NCBI GenBank assembly: GCA_000991245.1
Contig: LBRD01000008.1
Location: 1,686-65,685, forward strand
Direction: 5' to 3'
Source: Parcubacteria group bacterium GW2011_GWC1_36_108
GTDB taxonomy: Bacteria > Patescibacteriota > Minisyncoccia > Moranbacterales > GWC2-37-73
DNA: 64,000 nt
Shown here: positions 38,988-49,955 of the stretch, piece after piece
Position numbering within the stretch: the stretch's first letter is position 1
Layout of the letters: each line of letters starts with the position of its first letter
The notes under the pieces: model-generated
What the model was told of the DNA's origin: nothing
The model's input: the letters and a program-made list of their open reading frames with translations, nothing else
The model's database searches: none
Made by a program: the position numbers and the translations under genes

Positions 38988-39539
38988 TTATAAATCAGGA
39001 AATACAGCTTTTACTGAAACACAATTGTTTGCAATATTACAAGTCCCCGGAAATCCAGTTATTGATGCAAATCCGTTATTTTTCCAAGTCACATAACTCG
39101 TTACTTCTATTTCTCTTGTTGATAGAGCTTTAGTGCCTGTCACAGTCAAATAGATTGTCCTATAAAATTTTGTTGGGACCGATCCTGCTCCATTAGTGTG
39201 AGTATAAAAACCACCATTCAAATAGAGTCGCTTATCTGTTCCAACACCCATATTTAAAGCTGAACTTGTATAATCAATCCGTTTATCATTATATGGAGAT
39301 CCAAGTGCATTAAGTGCATCCAAAGTTGCTTCACCATTATCTTTCAAATTCCTAACAAGTTCAATACCTTCTTGAGCAAGCTCTGAAGCAATGATTTGAT
39401 TTTTAGCATTGATTGAATTTTTCGTATTCGCCGTCATCAAAAACAGCACAGATGAAATGCCAATCGACAAAACCAAGAGAGAGATCAGAACCTCTACCAA
39501 AGAAAACCCCCGCTTAATTTTATTATATTTTTTTTCCAT
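38988..39539 (-). CDS. Prepilin-type minor pilin
   Basis: N-terminus …KRGFSLVEVLISLLVLSIGISS. Confidence 0.75.
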   Translation of the reverse strand: MEKKYNKIKRGFSLVEVLISLLVLSIGISSVLFLMTANTKNSINAKNQIIASELAQEGIELVRNLKDNGEATLDALNALGSPYNDKRIDYTSSALNMGVGTDKRLYLNGGFYTHTNGAGSVPTKFYRTIYLTVTGTKALSTREIEVTSYVTWKNNGFASITGFPGTCNIANNCVSVKAVFPDL

Positions 39540-39628
39540 TTTTTTACCCCATTGAATTGTTTACCCAGTTGAATTTATTTATATTCAACAGGGCGGAAAC
39601 ACTATTCAATTGGGGTCATTTTTTATTT

Positions 39629-40159
39629 TTATGGACAAGCAACACCTTTTTGTTCAGTCACGGAACCATTTGCCGAAACAACAACTGATGCGCAAACGCT
39701 GGCAATTGTTGATCTTAATATGATTATTTTTACGCCATCAACCCTTCCATCTGGCGGACTAAAAAACAAATTTACATCTGAGCCAACAAATGAAACTCTT
39801 TTTTTGGTAAGATCAATAGATTGCCCACCGATAGCTATTTCAGTAGGAGTAACAGCACAATCACTATAATATTTAACAGTATAAGTAACGCCTAGAGGTG
39901 CATCTAATTCAAATTTACAAGCATTTATATCAGCAATGCCGTCCGCATTAGTATCAAATCGTTTTCCATTCAATGCTTCGTTTTGCAGAGCTCTAATCTG
40001 AGCTGCAATTTGTCTAGCTACCACTTCAACATCCGAAGATGCTTTCTTGCCATTTTGATTCACAAAAAGAACTCCTGTCATAAAAATCATAATTGCAGCC
40101 ACAATTAGCATTTCTACCAAGGAGAAACCTTTTTTAATTTTTGAAAATTTTTGTTTCAT
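39629..40159 (-). CDS. Prepilin-type minor pilin (GspH/FimT-like)
   Basis: N-terminus …KKGFSLVEMLIVAAIMIFMTGV. Confidence 0.75.
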   Translation of the reverse strand: MKQKFSKIKKGFSLVEMLIVAAIMIFMTGVLFVNQNGKKASSDVEVVARQIAAQIRALQNEALNGKRFDTNADGIADINACKFELDAPLGVTYTVKYYSDCAVTPTEIAIGGQSIDLTKKRVSFVGSDVNLFFSPPDGRVDGVKIIILRSTIASVCASVVVSANGSVTEQKGVACP

Positions 40160-40160
40160 C

Positions 40161-40961
40161 TTATCCTAACATAAAAAACCAATATTTAAGGGCTGGAAAC
40201 ATTTGCGGAAGAATGATTACCAGAAAAGTTCCTGTAATCAAAAAAGGTGCAAAAGGAACTTGGCTTTTCATTGTTTTCTTGCTAATAGCAATAAGTCCAA
40301 CACTGATTAGCGCGCCGATTGTAAACGAAAGCATCAGCGCCACAATAATATTAGGCCAACCAACAACCATCCCTACTAAAAGTCCGAGATAAGCATCGCC
40401 ATATCCCATCCATGTTTCTTTGGAATATGCTGCCAGTGACCAGAAAAATCCGCCCGCTACCAATCCGCCGACTATTCCTGAAATCGTGCGCAAATCCAAA
40501 ATTGAAGTTGCAAAACCAAAATTTTGCCAATCAGAAAAAAGAAAAAATGCCAAACTCACTCCAACTCCAAGCCACAAAATCAGCATCGGAATTTCCATAT
40601 ATCTGAAATCATACACGAAAATAATCATCAGAATTGAAAATGAAATCAAATAATACATTGTCAGCATCCAACTCGAAAGATCGAGCACATTGAAAAAATA
40701 ATTTCCTATGAGCGCAAAAACAATTCCAGTCATAGCTTCGACAACTGGATATTGCCAAGAAATTTTTTCGCCGCAATCTCTGCATTTTGCGCTAAGCAAA
40801 ACGAAACTAAGGAGCGGCACATTATCGAACCATCTGACTTTCTTTTTGCAATTTGGACAATGACTCCTCTCCATCAAAGATTCCACCGCATTCAAGCGAT
40901 ACACAACCGCATTCAAAAAACTTCCGATAATAAGTCCAAGGATGAGGAAAATAATAAGCAT
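40161..40961 (-). CDS. pilD: Prepilin peptidase (A24 family); start probably at MLIIFLILG
   Basis: N-terminal Zn-binding CPNC…CRDC pairs, and a polytopic membrane domain with GYGDAYLGLLVGMVVGW. The ORF is open upstream to 41012, through repeat element C. Confidence 0.85.
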   Translation of the reverse strand: MLIIFLILGLIIGSFLNAVVYRLNAVESLMERSHCPNCKKKVRWFDNVPLLSFVLLSAKCRDCGEKISWQYPVVEAMTGIVFALIGNYFFNVLDLSSWMLTMYYLISFSILMIIFVYDFRYMEIPMLILWLGVGVSLAFFLFSDWQNFGFATSILDLRTISGIVGGLVAGGFFWSLAAYSKETWMGYGDAYLGLLVGMVVGWPNIIVALMLSFTIGALISVGLIAISKKTMKSQVPFAPFLITGTFLVIILPQMFPALKYWFFMLG

Positions 40962-40972
40962 AATATTGTCTG

Positions 40973-41059
40973 TGTCATTCCGGACTTGATCCGGAATCCC
41001 GAGCTTTGGCACACAGGCCTTTCTGCCACGAGAGATACTGAAACAAGTTCAGTATGACA
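40973..41059. repeat. Structured ~87-nt element (copy C, divergent) with TGTCAT…ATGACA termini in the pilD 5' region
   Basis: tgtcattccggacttgatccggaatcccgag…cagtatgaca, with an internal 8-bp hairpin attccgga-cttga-tccggaat. Confidence 0.4.
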
Positions 41060-41153
41060 AAATAAAATCTTAACTTCCTAAATTTTACCACAAAAACAAA
41101 AAGTATGCCAATTCAACACATACTTTCAATCCTGAAAAAATCTAGCCTTATAA

Positions 41154-41531
41154 TTAAGGCGTGCAAGAACCAGTAGTGGCATTGCAAATTATATTAACAC
41201 CACCGCATGTTCCCGTAAACAAATTTCCTGCTGCCGCGAAAGATGAGCAGCCATTAGGTTCTGCCGGCCATTTTGCATCTGTCGTGGAAATAGGATTACA
41301 AATATAACCATCAGGAGCATACGCAAGCAATGAACTACCAGCAGAAACACAAAAAATCATATAATTTAATGCACTTTTCATTGTTGTTTTTCCAGCGCCA
41401 AATCTAGCCTTATCCCGAGAAGCATTCATACTTACCAGAATAGCCGCAGCCAAAATTCCAATAATAGCAATCACAATCAGAAGCTCAATCAATGTAAACC
41501 CCCGCCTAGCCGGCAGGTATGTTTTTTTCAT
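41154..41531 (-). CDS. Type IV major pilin (PilA-like)
   Basis: [33 protein letters not shown]. Confidence 0.85.
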   Translation of the reverse strand: MKKTYLPARRGFTLIELLIVIAIIGILAAAILVSMNASRDKARFGAGKTTMKSALNYMIFCVSAGSSLLAYAPDGYICNPISTTDAKWPAEPNGCSSFAAAGNLFTGTCGGVNIICNATTGSCTP

Positions 41532-41708
41532 AAATTTTAATGTTTTTTATTTTTTGTATTTAATATTTTGTATTTCACATTATATAAATTTTACCATAAA
41601 AACAATTAGGCACCAAATTAAAATACAAAACAAAAAGAACTCAGGAAAACTGAGTTCTTTTGCAAGATGATACCGTGTAAAAAATACGCGATATAATAAA
41701 AATACTAA

Positions 41709-42068
41709 CTAGGTTGTGACACAAGAACCGAGTGAGGCATCACAAGTTATTGTTGAAGTTCCGCATGCTCCAATAAGTTGATCACCCGATACAGACAATG
41801 TGCAACCATTTGGTTGTGCTGGGAATAGGGCGTCAGTAGTTGCCACAGTTGAACAAATAGCTCCACCACTAGAATAGTTATTTATAGAACTTGTACCATC
41901 ACCAACACACAACACCATATAAGTCAAAGCACTTCTCATTGATGCTTGAGCTGATGCTAATTGTGCTTTTGTTCGAGCATTAGAAGTGCTTACCAAAATA
42001 ACTCCTGCCAAAATACCAATGATTGCAATTACAATCAAAAGTTCAATCAATGTAAAACCTTTTTTCAT
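41709..42068 (-). CDS. Type IV pilin paralog
   Basis: [26 protein letters not shown]; Cys-rich C-terminal region. Confidence 0.85.
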   Translation of the reverse strand: MKKGFTLIELLIVIAIIGILAGVILVSTSNARTKAQLASAQASMRSALTYMVLCVGDGTSSINNYSSGGAICSTVATTDALFPAQPNGCTLSVSGDQLIGACGTSTITCDASLGSCVTT

Positions 42069-42083
42069 ATTATTTTTTCTTTA

Positions 42084-42173
42084 TGTCATCTTGAGCGATT
42101 CGTCAGCAGACGAAGAGTCGAAAGATCTGAACCCGGATCCTCACGTCGCACTGCTGTGCTCCTCAGGATGACA
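42084..42173. repeat. Structured ~90-nt element (copy B) of the TGTCAT…ATGACA family, immediately 5' of a pilin gene
   Basis: tgtcatcttgagcgattcgtcagcagacgaagagtcgaaagatctg…gctgctgtgctcctcaggatgaca. Confidence 0.6.
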
Positions 42174-42275
42174 CTATGATATTATTATCTTTTTAATATT
42201 ATTTATTGTTTTTGCTAAAAAATCGACCTATCTCTTTTAGCGTATATTTAAACTCACACTCAATCTAACAAAAAT

Positions 42276-42665
42276 TTATGGCGTAGAACAACTATTATTA
42301 GCATAACTGCATGTTATTGTAGGTTGTCCACTTTTAGTCGCGGTAAATGTATAAGTTGATATTTGAGCGTTTGTTGCTGCAGCAGCAGTAACGGTATATC
42401 CTGTTTTAGCATTTACATTTGGCCAAAGAACACTATGACTTGCATCATTGCAAATTTTACTTGCAACATTATAAGCATTAAGTCCGGCACCATCATCCTG
42501 ACAAGTTACAATTTCCGGTAAAACACTTGATAGAGTTGTGATCGCAGAAGCTGTTTTTGATTTATCAATACTACTTCCAGTACTAACCAAAACAACACCA
42601 GCTAAAATTCCAATGATTGCAATTACAAGCATGAGCTCAATGAGTGTAAACGCCTTTTTCTGCAT
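42276..42665 (-). CDS. Type IV pilin paralog with Ala at the -1 cleavage position
   Basis: [27 protein letters not shown] has KKAF instead of the canonical KGF. The ORF is open to 42707. Confidence 0.75.
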   Translation of the reverse strand: MQKKAFTLIELMLVIAIIGILAGVVLVSTGSSIDKSKTASAITTLSSVLPEIVTCQDDGAGLNAYNVASKICNDASHSVLWPNVNAKTGYTVTAAAATNAQISTYTFTATKSGQPTITCSYANNSCSTP

Positions 42666-42892
42666 ATGTTTATTTATCTTGATTTTCATATTTTTATTAT
42701 AGCACAAAAATTATTTATTTTAAACCCTTCAATAAATTTTCTCCTTATCATTCTCTCCTTTGATAAGGAGAGATGTCTTGTATTCAAGACAGAGAGGTCA
42801 GAGAGAATCGTTACTAAGGCTCCGCTCAAACCCCTCCGCCCTATCGGGCACCTCCCCTCATCCGAGGAGAGGAAGATAGTGAAGAAAACCTT

Positions 42893-44104
42893 TTATTGCA
42901 TCTGTCCCGCTATACTATATATCGGCATCAAAATAGCAAAGACTAAAATTCCAACACCCAAACCAAGAAAAGAAATCAGGATTGGTTCGAGCATTGTTGA
43001 AAGATTTCTGGTAATGCGATCGGTTTCTTGGTTGTAAAAAACTGACATATGTCTCAAAACTTCACTAATCTTTCCAGCTTCTTCTCCTATTTTTACCATT
43101 TGCGCAACGATTGGAGGAAAATATTCGCTGCGAGCAAAGACACTGCTTATTGTTCCTCCTTTTTTCACTTCGTCTGCTGCGCGTAAAATGACAGCTTCAT
43201 ATGCTGTGCTGTTTACAACTTCCCCCACAATAACCAACGCTCTGACAATTGGAATTCCTCCATCCAAGAGCACTGAGAGATTTTCAGAAAAACGAGATAT
43301 GTAAACATATTGAAAAAGTTTTCCAATTACAGGGATTTTCATTTTGATAATATCCCATTCTCTTTTCCCATCTTCTGTTTTAACGTAATAAACAATTCCA
43401 CTGACAACAGCAATAATAATAAGCCCTACCAACCACCAATAAACACTCATAAAATCGCCCATTTTCATCAAAACTGCTGTATACCAAGGAATTTCGACAT
43501 TCATATCTTTGAAAATACCTGTAAGTTTCGGAAGAACGACCGTAAAAACAATAAAACCGATGATGACTGCGGCAGACAAGACAAAAATTGGATAAAACAA
43601 GGCTCCTTTTATTTTTGAATTTAAATCGTAATTTTTCTCGGTATTTTCCGCCAAAAACAAGATGCTGCGTTGCAAATTTCCGGAAAGCTCCCCTGCTTTT
43701 ACCATACTAACAGCCAACGTTTCAAAAACATTCTTATGCTTTGACATAGCTTCGGAAAAAGGCACTCCATCTTCAATGTCGCTGATCATTTCAATTATCA
43801 CTGTTCTAAAAAAAACATTTTCAGTTTGATCTCCCACTGCCTGCAAAGAACCAATAATAGAAACTTTAGCCTCAATCAGCGTTGCCAGCTGCCTATAAAA
43901 AACAGAGAGTTCTCGCAAGCTAACACCCTCCCAAATGTGTTGCAAATCCTTCATCACAGCAGAAACTTCTTCAATTTTTTCAATCTTAAGCAGAATATAC
44001 CCCTTTTCTTGAAGCATTGCCACTGCAGCATCATTATTGGTAGCATCCACTTTGCCACTAATAATCTCGCCACCAGAATTTTTTGCCTGAAATAAAAATT
44101 TCAT
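42893..44104 (-). CDS. pilC: Type IV pilus platform protein (GspF/PilC family)
   Basis: 403 aa with two T2SS-F repeats and three TM segments. Confidence 0.85.
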   Translation of the reverse strand: MKFLFQAKNSGGEIISGKVDATNNDAAVAMLQEKGYILLKIEKIEEVSAVMKDLQHIWEGVSLRELSVFYRQLATLIEAKVSIIGSLQAVGDQTENVFFRTVIIEMISDIEDGVPFSEAMSKHKNVFETLAVSMVKAGELSGNLQRSILFLAENTEKNYDLNSKIKGALFYPIFVLSAAVIIGFIVFTVVLPKLTGIFKDMNVEIPWYTAVLMKMGDFMSVYWWLVGLIIIAVVSGIVYYVKTEDGKREWDIIKMKIPVIGKLFQYVYISRFSENLSVLLDGGIPIVRALVIVGEVVNSTAYEAVILRAADEVKKGGTISSVFARSEYFPPIVAQMVKIGEEAGKISEVLRHMSVFYNQETDRITRNLSTMLEPILISFLGLGVGILVFAILMPIYSIAGQMQ

Positions 44105-44118
44105 ATTAGTTAATTGAT

Positions 44119-45198
44119 TTATTTTTTACTAATCAACATCTGCAAGTATTCTTCGTTTTTTGAATAAATAAGTGCGTCATCCATTGTTATGAGTCCTCTT
44201 TGAATCAAATCTGCCAATGATTTGTCCAATGAAACCATCCCTTCCCTAAGACTTGTTTCAATCACACTGTCAATCTGATATGATTTATTTTCTCTGATCA
44301 AATTTTCTACTGCATGATTGTTCATCATAATCTCCATAGCAGGAATTCGTCCTCCTCCAACTTTCGGAACCAAGCGCTGAGAAACCACACCCAGCAGCAC
44401 GCTTGCAAGCTGCGATCTGATTTGATTTTGTTGATGCGCGGGAAAAACATCCACGATTCTATCAATGGTTTGTGAGGTGTCATTGGTGTGAAGCGTTGCC
44501 AAAATCAAATGCCCGGTTTCTGCAGCCGTCATAGCCGTGCTTATTGTGTCCAAATCTCGAAGCTCTCCAATAAGAACAACGTTTGCATCTTCACGAAAAA
44601 CACTGCGAAGCCCATCCGGAAAAGATTTAGTATCCCTGCCAACTTCGCGTTGATTGATTATGCATCTGTCCTGCTCGTAAATATATTCAATAGGATCTTC
44701 AATAGTGATTATATGTTTGTCTTCATTATGATTAACAAAATCAATCAGTGCGGAAAGTGTTGTTGATTTTCCGTGTCCAACAGGCCCTGTTACTAAGAGC
44801 AACCCTTGCGTGTTTTTGGTAAAATCATATAGTATCGGCGGAATATTTAATTCTTCCAGAGTTCTAACATTTCCAGAGACCATACGCATAGTCACACTTG
44901 TGTTTCCCTGTTGATGAAAAATATTAGTTCGAAATCGAGCTTTGTCTTCGAAATTATATGAGAAATCAACCTGACCATCTGCAATCAACTTTTTTTTGTT
45001 ATCCTCGCTCATCAAAGCATCGCTGAGTGCTTGCGTGTCATCAGCAGATAAAATTGATTCTTGAGTCAATGGATACAATTTTCCATCCAGCCTGAGTGTT
45101 GGATAACGACCCACAACCAAATGCAAATCAGAAGCATTTTGCTGAGCCACCAATCGCAGAAGATTTTTTATTCTTTGTTCGCTTTGCAATGTTGTCAT
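44119..45198 (-). CDS. pilT: Twitching-motility/retraction ATPase PilT
   Basis: Walker A GPVGHGKSTT, IITIEDPIEY, Asp box and His box; ~359 aa. Confidence 0.85.
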   Translation of the reverse strand: MTTLQSEQRIKNLLRLVAQQNASDLHLVVGRYPTLRLDGKLYPLTQESILSADDTQALSDALMSEDNKKKLIADGQVDFSYNFEDKARFRTNIFHQQGNTSVTMRMVSGNVRTLEELNIPPILYDFTKNTQGLLLVTGPVGHGKSTTLSALIDFVNHNEDKHIITIEDPIEYIYEQDRCIINQREVGRDTKSFPDGLRSVFREDANVVLIGELRDLDTISTAMTAAETGHLILATLHTNDTSQTIDRIVDVFPAHQQNQIRSQLASVLLGVVSQRLVPKVGGGRIPAMEIMMNNHAVENLIRENKSYQIDSVIETSLREGMVSLDKSLADLIQRGLITMDDALIYSKNEEYLQMLISKK

Positions 45199-45242
45199 TT
45201 TGTTTTTATATTAAAAACACTGTGTTTACATTATACCAATTT

Positions 45243-45626
45243 TTACATCTTCAGCAAAGTTTTTACTTTGAGCACAACCTCTGATGGTGTGAAATGCGAT
45301 TTTATCAAATATCCATCAGCTCCATTTTCAACACTATTAACAATATTTTCATTATCTTTTGAAATATTTGTAAGCATTATGATTGGAATATTTTTTAAAA
45401 CATCAATGCTTTTTATTTTTTTAAAAACTTGAGTACCATCCATATTCGGCATAATTATATCAAGCAAAATAATATCAGGAATTTCTTTTTTCAATTTTTC
45501 CATAGCATCAACTCCGTCTTCAGCAACAACAACCTCAAAACCTTCCTGAGAAAATTTTATTTCATAAATATCCCTAATAAACGCATCATCTTCAGCGATC
45601 AATATTTTCTTAGCCCTAATAGCCAT
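45243..45626 (-). CDS. Stand-alone CheY-like response-regulator receiver (PilH/PilG-like)
   Basis: KILIAEDDAFIRD…ILLDIIMPNMDG…MLTNISK. Confidence 0.8.
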   Translation of the reverse strand: MAIRAKKILIAEDDAFIRDIYEIKFSQEGFEVVVAEDGVDAMEKLKKEIPDIILLDIIMPNMDGTQVFKKIKSIDVLKNIPIIMLTNISKDNENIVNSVENGADGYLIKSHFTPSEVVLKVKTLLKM

Positions 45627-45643
45627 ATTTATATTTTTTAAAC

Positions 45644-47362
45644 TTAGCCTTTATCATCTTCCATCTCGCCTCCAACATTCTTGCTTCCCTCGGTTACTCT
45701 TTCAACCTCTTCAAGCGTTGTCAGCCCAAGCAAAACCTTGAGCACACCATCTTGTTTGATTGTTACCATTCCTTGCTTGTTGGCATATTCTTGAACAGCA
45801 GTTTCTGAACCATTATGTTCGGAGATTATTTCTTTCATTTCTTTATCAATTTCAAGTGCTTCAAAAATTGCTACGCGACCTTTATATCCACTATTACCAC
45901 AAGATTCGCATCCTTTGCCTTTATACATATGCACTCCGTCTTCCAAATTAAGTTTATACTTTTCAATTTCCCCTTTTGACATTTTGTCTATTTGTTCATG
46001 AATATATCCTGAAACTGCTGGAGAAATTTTCACTTCCTCTTTGCAATCGCTGCAAATTCTTCGTACAAGTCTCTGCGCTCCCACAACCCGAAGAGATGAG
46101 GCCAACAAAAAAGCTTCGATTCCCATATCAATAAGTCGCGGAACTGCCCCAATGGAACTGTTTGTATGCAAAGTAGAAACAACTAAATGTCCTGTGAGCG
46201 CTGCGTGGATGGTAAGCTCAGCTGTTTCATTGTCACGAATTTCCCCAACCATAATCACATTAGGATCTTGACGCAAAATACTGCGAAGTCCGCTGGCAAA
46301 AGTATATCCTATTTCTGGGTTTATTTGACTTTGATTGATTCCAGAGATTGAATATTCAACAGGATCTTCAAGTGTTATTATGTTTCGTTCCTCCTTGTTA
46401 AGAATATCCAAACAAGCATACAGCGTTGTTGATTTTCCACTTCCTGTTGGACCTGTCATTAAAATAATACCGAATGGTTCTTTAATATTTCGAGTAAGAA
46501 TTTCCCGCCCACTTCCCATAAGACCCATACTTTCAAGGTCGATGACTTTGCTGCCCGTGTCCAAAAGACGCAGCACGACTTTTTCGCCATCAATCACGGG
46601 CAAAGTCGACACACGAAAATCAACCGAATGCCCATCTTCCTTAATTTTAAATCTTCCATCCTGAGGTTTTCTTTTCTCGTCTATTTTTAAATTAGAAAGA
46701 ATTTTTATTCTTGACACAACAGCCCTGCCAACTTCTTTTGGGATAGAAAGAGAAGCGTACAGAACACCGTCAACTCTGAAACGAACACGATATTCTTTTG
46801 CGCCATAAGGCTCAATATGGATATCGCTAGCCTTTCCGTCAATCGCATGCCTAATAACAACACTTAAGAGCTTTGTCACAGGCGCTGATTGCAAACTATC
46901 ATTAGCTTTTGAGTCATCCTCCTCCCCTGCTGGCAAATTCATATCTCCAATGCTTTCCATTTGCAAAGAATCCATCGCTTCTTCAATAGCCCTCTCTGCG
47001 CCACCTTCATATTGCTCTATCATTTTCTGAAAAACTCCCTCCGAAACCAAATATAAATCAAATTCTAATTTTTTTTTCTCTGAAATAAAGCGCAGGATAT
47101 TAAGGGCATTTGTATTTTGTGGATCAATTATTGCTATTTTAACATTGGCTCCACTGGCTTCAAAAGCAACAATTTTATTTTGCTTTGCGATATCTTCAGA
47201 GATAATATTCAATGTTTCAGAAATAATAGTTGGAGCATCTTGAAGATACGGAATTCCTAATTCCTTGGCTCTTTTTAATATTTCGTCAGAATCAGAATGC
47301 ACCAAGCTTGATTTGCTTGCGGTTGATGCGACATTTTTTTTTAATGTATTTTTTTTCTCCAT
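45644..47362 (-). CDS. pilB: Type IV pilus assembly ATPase (GspE/PilB family)
   Basis: 572 aa; N-terminal T2SS-E N domain, Walker A MTGPTGSGKSTT, and a tetracysteine CSDC…CESC motif. Confidence 0.85.
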   Translation of the reverse strand: MEKKNTLKKNVASTASKSSLVHSDSDEILKRAKELGIPYLQDAPTIISETLNIISEDIAKQNKIVAFEASGANVKIAIIDPQNTNALNILRFISEKKKLEFDLYLVSEGVFQKMIEQYEGGAERAIEEAMDSLQMESIGDMNLPAGEEDDSKANDSLQSAPVTKLLSVVIRHAIDGKASDIHIEPYGAKEYRVRFRVDGVLYASLSIPKEVGRAVVSRIKILSNLKIDEKRKPQDGRFKIKEDGHSVDFRVSTLPVIDGEKVVLRLLDTGSKVIDLESMGLMGSGREILTRNIKEPFGIILMTGPTGSGKSTTLYACLDILNKEERNIITLEDPVEYSISGINQSQINPEIGYTFASGLRSILRQDPNVIMVGEIRDNETAELTIHAALTGHLVVSTLHTNSSIGAVPRLIDMGIEAFLLASSLRVVGAQRLVRRICSDCKEEVKISPAVSGYIHEQIDKMSKGEIEKYKLNLEDGVHMYKGKGCESCGNSGYKGRVAIFEALEIDKEMKEIISEHNGSETAVQEYANKQGMVTIKQDGVLKVLLGLTTLEEVERVTEGSKNVGGEMEDDKG

Positions 47363-47404
47363 AATAAATAAGGAACCTTAAATCAGGAATTCGGGTAGCA
47401 AAAA

Positions 47405-48181
47405 TTAATTAACAATAAATGGATTTTGCTTTCCTTCAGGAGCAATGTAATCCCCGATTAATTGAGCTTTTTGAGGAATATATTTTTTCAGCGCAATAAT
47501 CGTTTCATTGTCCAAAATGGCATTAAAATTTTCAACTTTCTGGTTGTTTATTTTTATATTATCCAAATACCCAAAAGTTATTTCGACATCGGCCAACAAT
47601 AGATTACTGTTATTAGCAACAGGCTCTCCCTCTGCTTCTTGCTCACCATCTGCTTCATTTGTTTGCTTTGCGATTTTCACAAATTTAACAGCATTAAAAA
47701 CTGGCATTCTTTGCAAATTATTAAGGAAAATTCTTACTTTTTCATATTCGCCAGCGATTGAAATCTCAGCGGGAATTGTTTGCAATGAATTAATTTCATT
47801 TAAAGCCTCCTGACCATCAGAAGATGCAACATTTTTAGCTGTCAAAGCAGTAGCCTTTTCGACACTTTTTAAGGAAATGTCCAACAATGAAACATTCGCA
47901 TCATTGGCCAGGAAATTTATTTCACTAATAATTCGCTCCTCAGTTTTATTGCTCGGCAAATATCTTTTTACGACATTTTGTATGTCAGCATTATCAACAA
48001 GCTCTTTCCCGAGTGCTTCGATTGTTGCGTTTCTATTATTAATTTCGTTTAATTCTTCTTTTTTTGCAATAATATCCTCATTTATTTTCTTGATATTATT
48101 TATTTCAGGCCATATAAAACTAATAAAAATCACGACCGAAACAGAAAGCATAATTGGGAAGAAAAGAAATTTTAATTTCAT
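47405..48181 (-). CDS. pilO: PilO-like pilus assembly protein (TM, coiled coil, C-terminal domain)
   Basis: Position in the pilM-N-O order, N-terminal TM, and a coiled-coil EELNEINNRNATIEALGKEL. Confidence 0.55.
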   Translation of the reverse strand: MKLKFLFFPIMLSVSVVIFISFIWPEINNIKKINEDIIAKKEELNEINNRNATIEALGKELVDNADIQNVVKRYLPSNKTEERIISEINFLANDANVSLLDISLKSVEKATALTAKNVASSDGQEALNEINSLQTIPAEISIAGEYEKVRIFLNNLQRMPVFNAVKFVKIAKQTNEADGEQEAEGEPVANNSNLLLADVEITFGYLDNIKINNQKVENFNAILDNETIIALKKYIPQKAQLIGDYIAPEGKQNPFIVN

Positions 48182-48237
48182 TTTTTTAATCCAGGTTATT
48201 GTTTATTTCTAAGCAAAAACTGGGACAATATAATTTT

Positions 48238-48774
48238 TTATTTTTTAATTTTCATTTCAATATTACATTTCACACCTTCTTCACTGCGAGCAACATCCAC
48301 AATGTTTATTTCATCAAAATATTTGGAATTTTTAAGATTGAAAATTTGCAAAGCCAGATTATTAAAATTATCGGCTTCAAAAGAAACAATCGCTTTTTCT
48401 TGATCATATTCAAATTCAGAAACAAGCATTCCTGAGCTCATATCTTCGCCAAGATAATCAAGTACCTTGGTAATTTCCAGACGTGTTACGTTTTCATTTT
48501 CAATTTCAAGATTTTTTTTAATTTCAGTTAGACGATTTTGCGTATCCATAGCCATTTCAAGACTTTTCAAATTGACAATTTTTCCTTTTTCAACCAAAAT
48601 AGTCTCTGCCAAAGCATTATTTTTTCCTTCCACAATGGGAACATAAAATTTCAATGCTGCGAGCAACAACACAATAATAGCTAAAATTCCCAATGAAAAA
48701 AACATTCCTTTGTTCCCGCTTTTCAAAAAAGAATTGTCCTCCTGCTGAGTTTGATGCAAATTTATAGTGGTCAT
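48238..48774 (-). CDS. pilN: PilN-like pilus assembly protein
   Basis: Single TM (FFSLGILAIIVLLLAAL) with a periplasmic domain, immediately downstream of pilM. Confidence 0.55.
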   Translation of the reverse strand: MTTINLHQTQQEDNSFLKSGNKGMFFSLGILAIIVLLLAALKFYVPIVEGKNNALAETILVEKGKIVNLKSLEMAMDTQNRLTEIKKNLEIENENVTRLEITKVLDYLGEDMSSGMLVSEFEYDQEKAIVSFEADNFNNLALQIFNLKNSKYFDEINIVDVARSEEGVKCNIEMKIKK

Positions 48775-48851
48775 TTTTTTTGCCCCGTTGAATTCGCCTT
48801 TGGCGACTATTCAACTGGGGTATTAACTCCTTTTATTATGTTTTTATTTTT

Positions 48852-49955
48852 TTATTTACGCTTATATTCCTCTATTCCTCGCAGAGCAAGACCGATTGCG
48901 ACAGAAAAAGAAGCTCCCAGTTGAGATACTAATGGTTTAGCGTTTTCATCAACTAAAATTCTTTTCCAAGGATCTCCCACAGTAACAGGCATTCCAAGCG
49001 AACTAGTGAGATATTCCTCAAGACCTTTCATTTTTGATGTGCCGCCTGAAATAAAAATCCCATCAATGCGCAAGTTTTTATTTTTCTCTCTACAAGCATT
49101 CAATATTCGTTTTGATTCGCTCGCAATCAACTCCAACACAGGAATAACGAGCGCTGATTCTCTGCTATTTATTAAATCCTTATCTCCCTTTTTAAAACTT
49201 TCTGCCCGTTGCCTTGAAACAGCCATACTATCAACAATAGCGGTCGTAATTTCATTTCCACCAGCATCAATATTTCGATTGACTGTCACGACTCCTTTTT
49301 CTACTAAAATCATATTAGCTGCTCGAGAACCAATGTCGATAATAAAAAAATTGCCAACATCCTCACCTACCAAGCAGCGTGCAATTGAAAAAGTTTCCAA
49401 TTCGATGGCTCTAACTTCCATATTCATTCCGGAAACAAGTCTGTCGTAGTGTTCAATGTCTTTTTTTGGCGCAGCAACAAGAAGGACTCGTATTCGTTTG
49501 CTGTTATTTTTTTCCAAATTTTGCTGCGACACTTTGTCCGCTTCAAGATGTTCAATAATCTCCCAACTCATTGCGACCTCATCGAGAGAACTTGGGATAT
49601 ATTTGTGAGCCTCAAATTGAATGGCTCTGGCAAGCTCATCCTGCTGCATCTCAGGCAATTCAATGATTGTTATAAGCCCACTAAATCCAGGAATGGAAAC
49701 ATACGCCCTTGAGCCTCGTTTCAATTTCATTTTCGCAATTAAATTCTTGAGCGCGCTGTTTAGTTTTTGTTCATAAGAAGAAACATTTGCACCTTTTGGC
49801 TGATCACCTTGCCCACTCCAATTCAAGTCAACGACCCCATAATTTTCCAATTTGGTTTTTTGATTTTCAAAGGAAAGCTCCACAACTTTAATTGAGGACG
49901 TTCCGAAATCTATTCCGACAAAGTGATTGTCTACTTTCTTTAAAAATTCAAACAT
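48852..49955 (-). CDS. pilM: Type IV pilus assembly protein PilM (actin-like ATPase fold)
   Basis: VGIDFGTSSIKVVEL… and FtsA/MreB-like motifs; 367 aa. Confidence 0.8.
   Translation of the reverse strand: MFEFLKKVDNHFVGIDFGTSSIKVVELSFENQKTKLENYGVVDLNWSGQGDQPKGANVSSYEQKLNSALKNLIAKMKLKRGSRAYVSIPGFSGLITIIELPEMQQDELARAIQFEAHKYIPSSLDEVAMSWEIIEHLEADKVSQQNLEKNNSKRIRVLLVAAPKKDIEHYDRLVSGMNMEVRAIELETFSIARCLVGEDVGNFFIIDIGSRAANMILVEKGVVTVNRNIDAGGNEITTAIVDSMAVSRQRAESFKKGDKDLINSRESALVIPVLELIASESKRILNACREKNKNLRIDGIFISGGTSKMKGLEEYLTSSLGMPVTVGDPWKRILVDENAKPLVSQLGASFSVAIGLALRGIEEYKRK

Noticed and set aside
42666-43037. 123-aa + strand ORF across the pilC–pilin intergenic region
   Set aside because: It overlaps the 3' end of pilC antisense and a GC-rich hairpin-dense leader. 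There is no homology signal, so it is more likely noncoding regulatory RNA/DNA.
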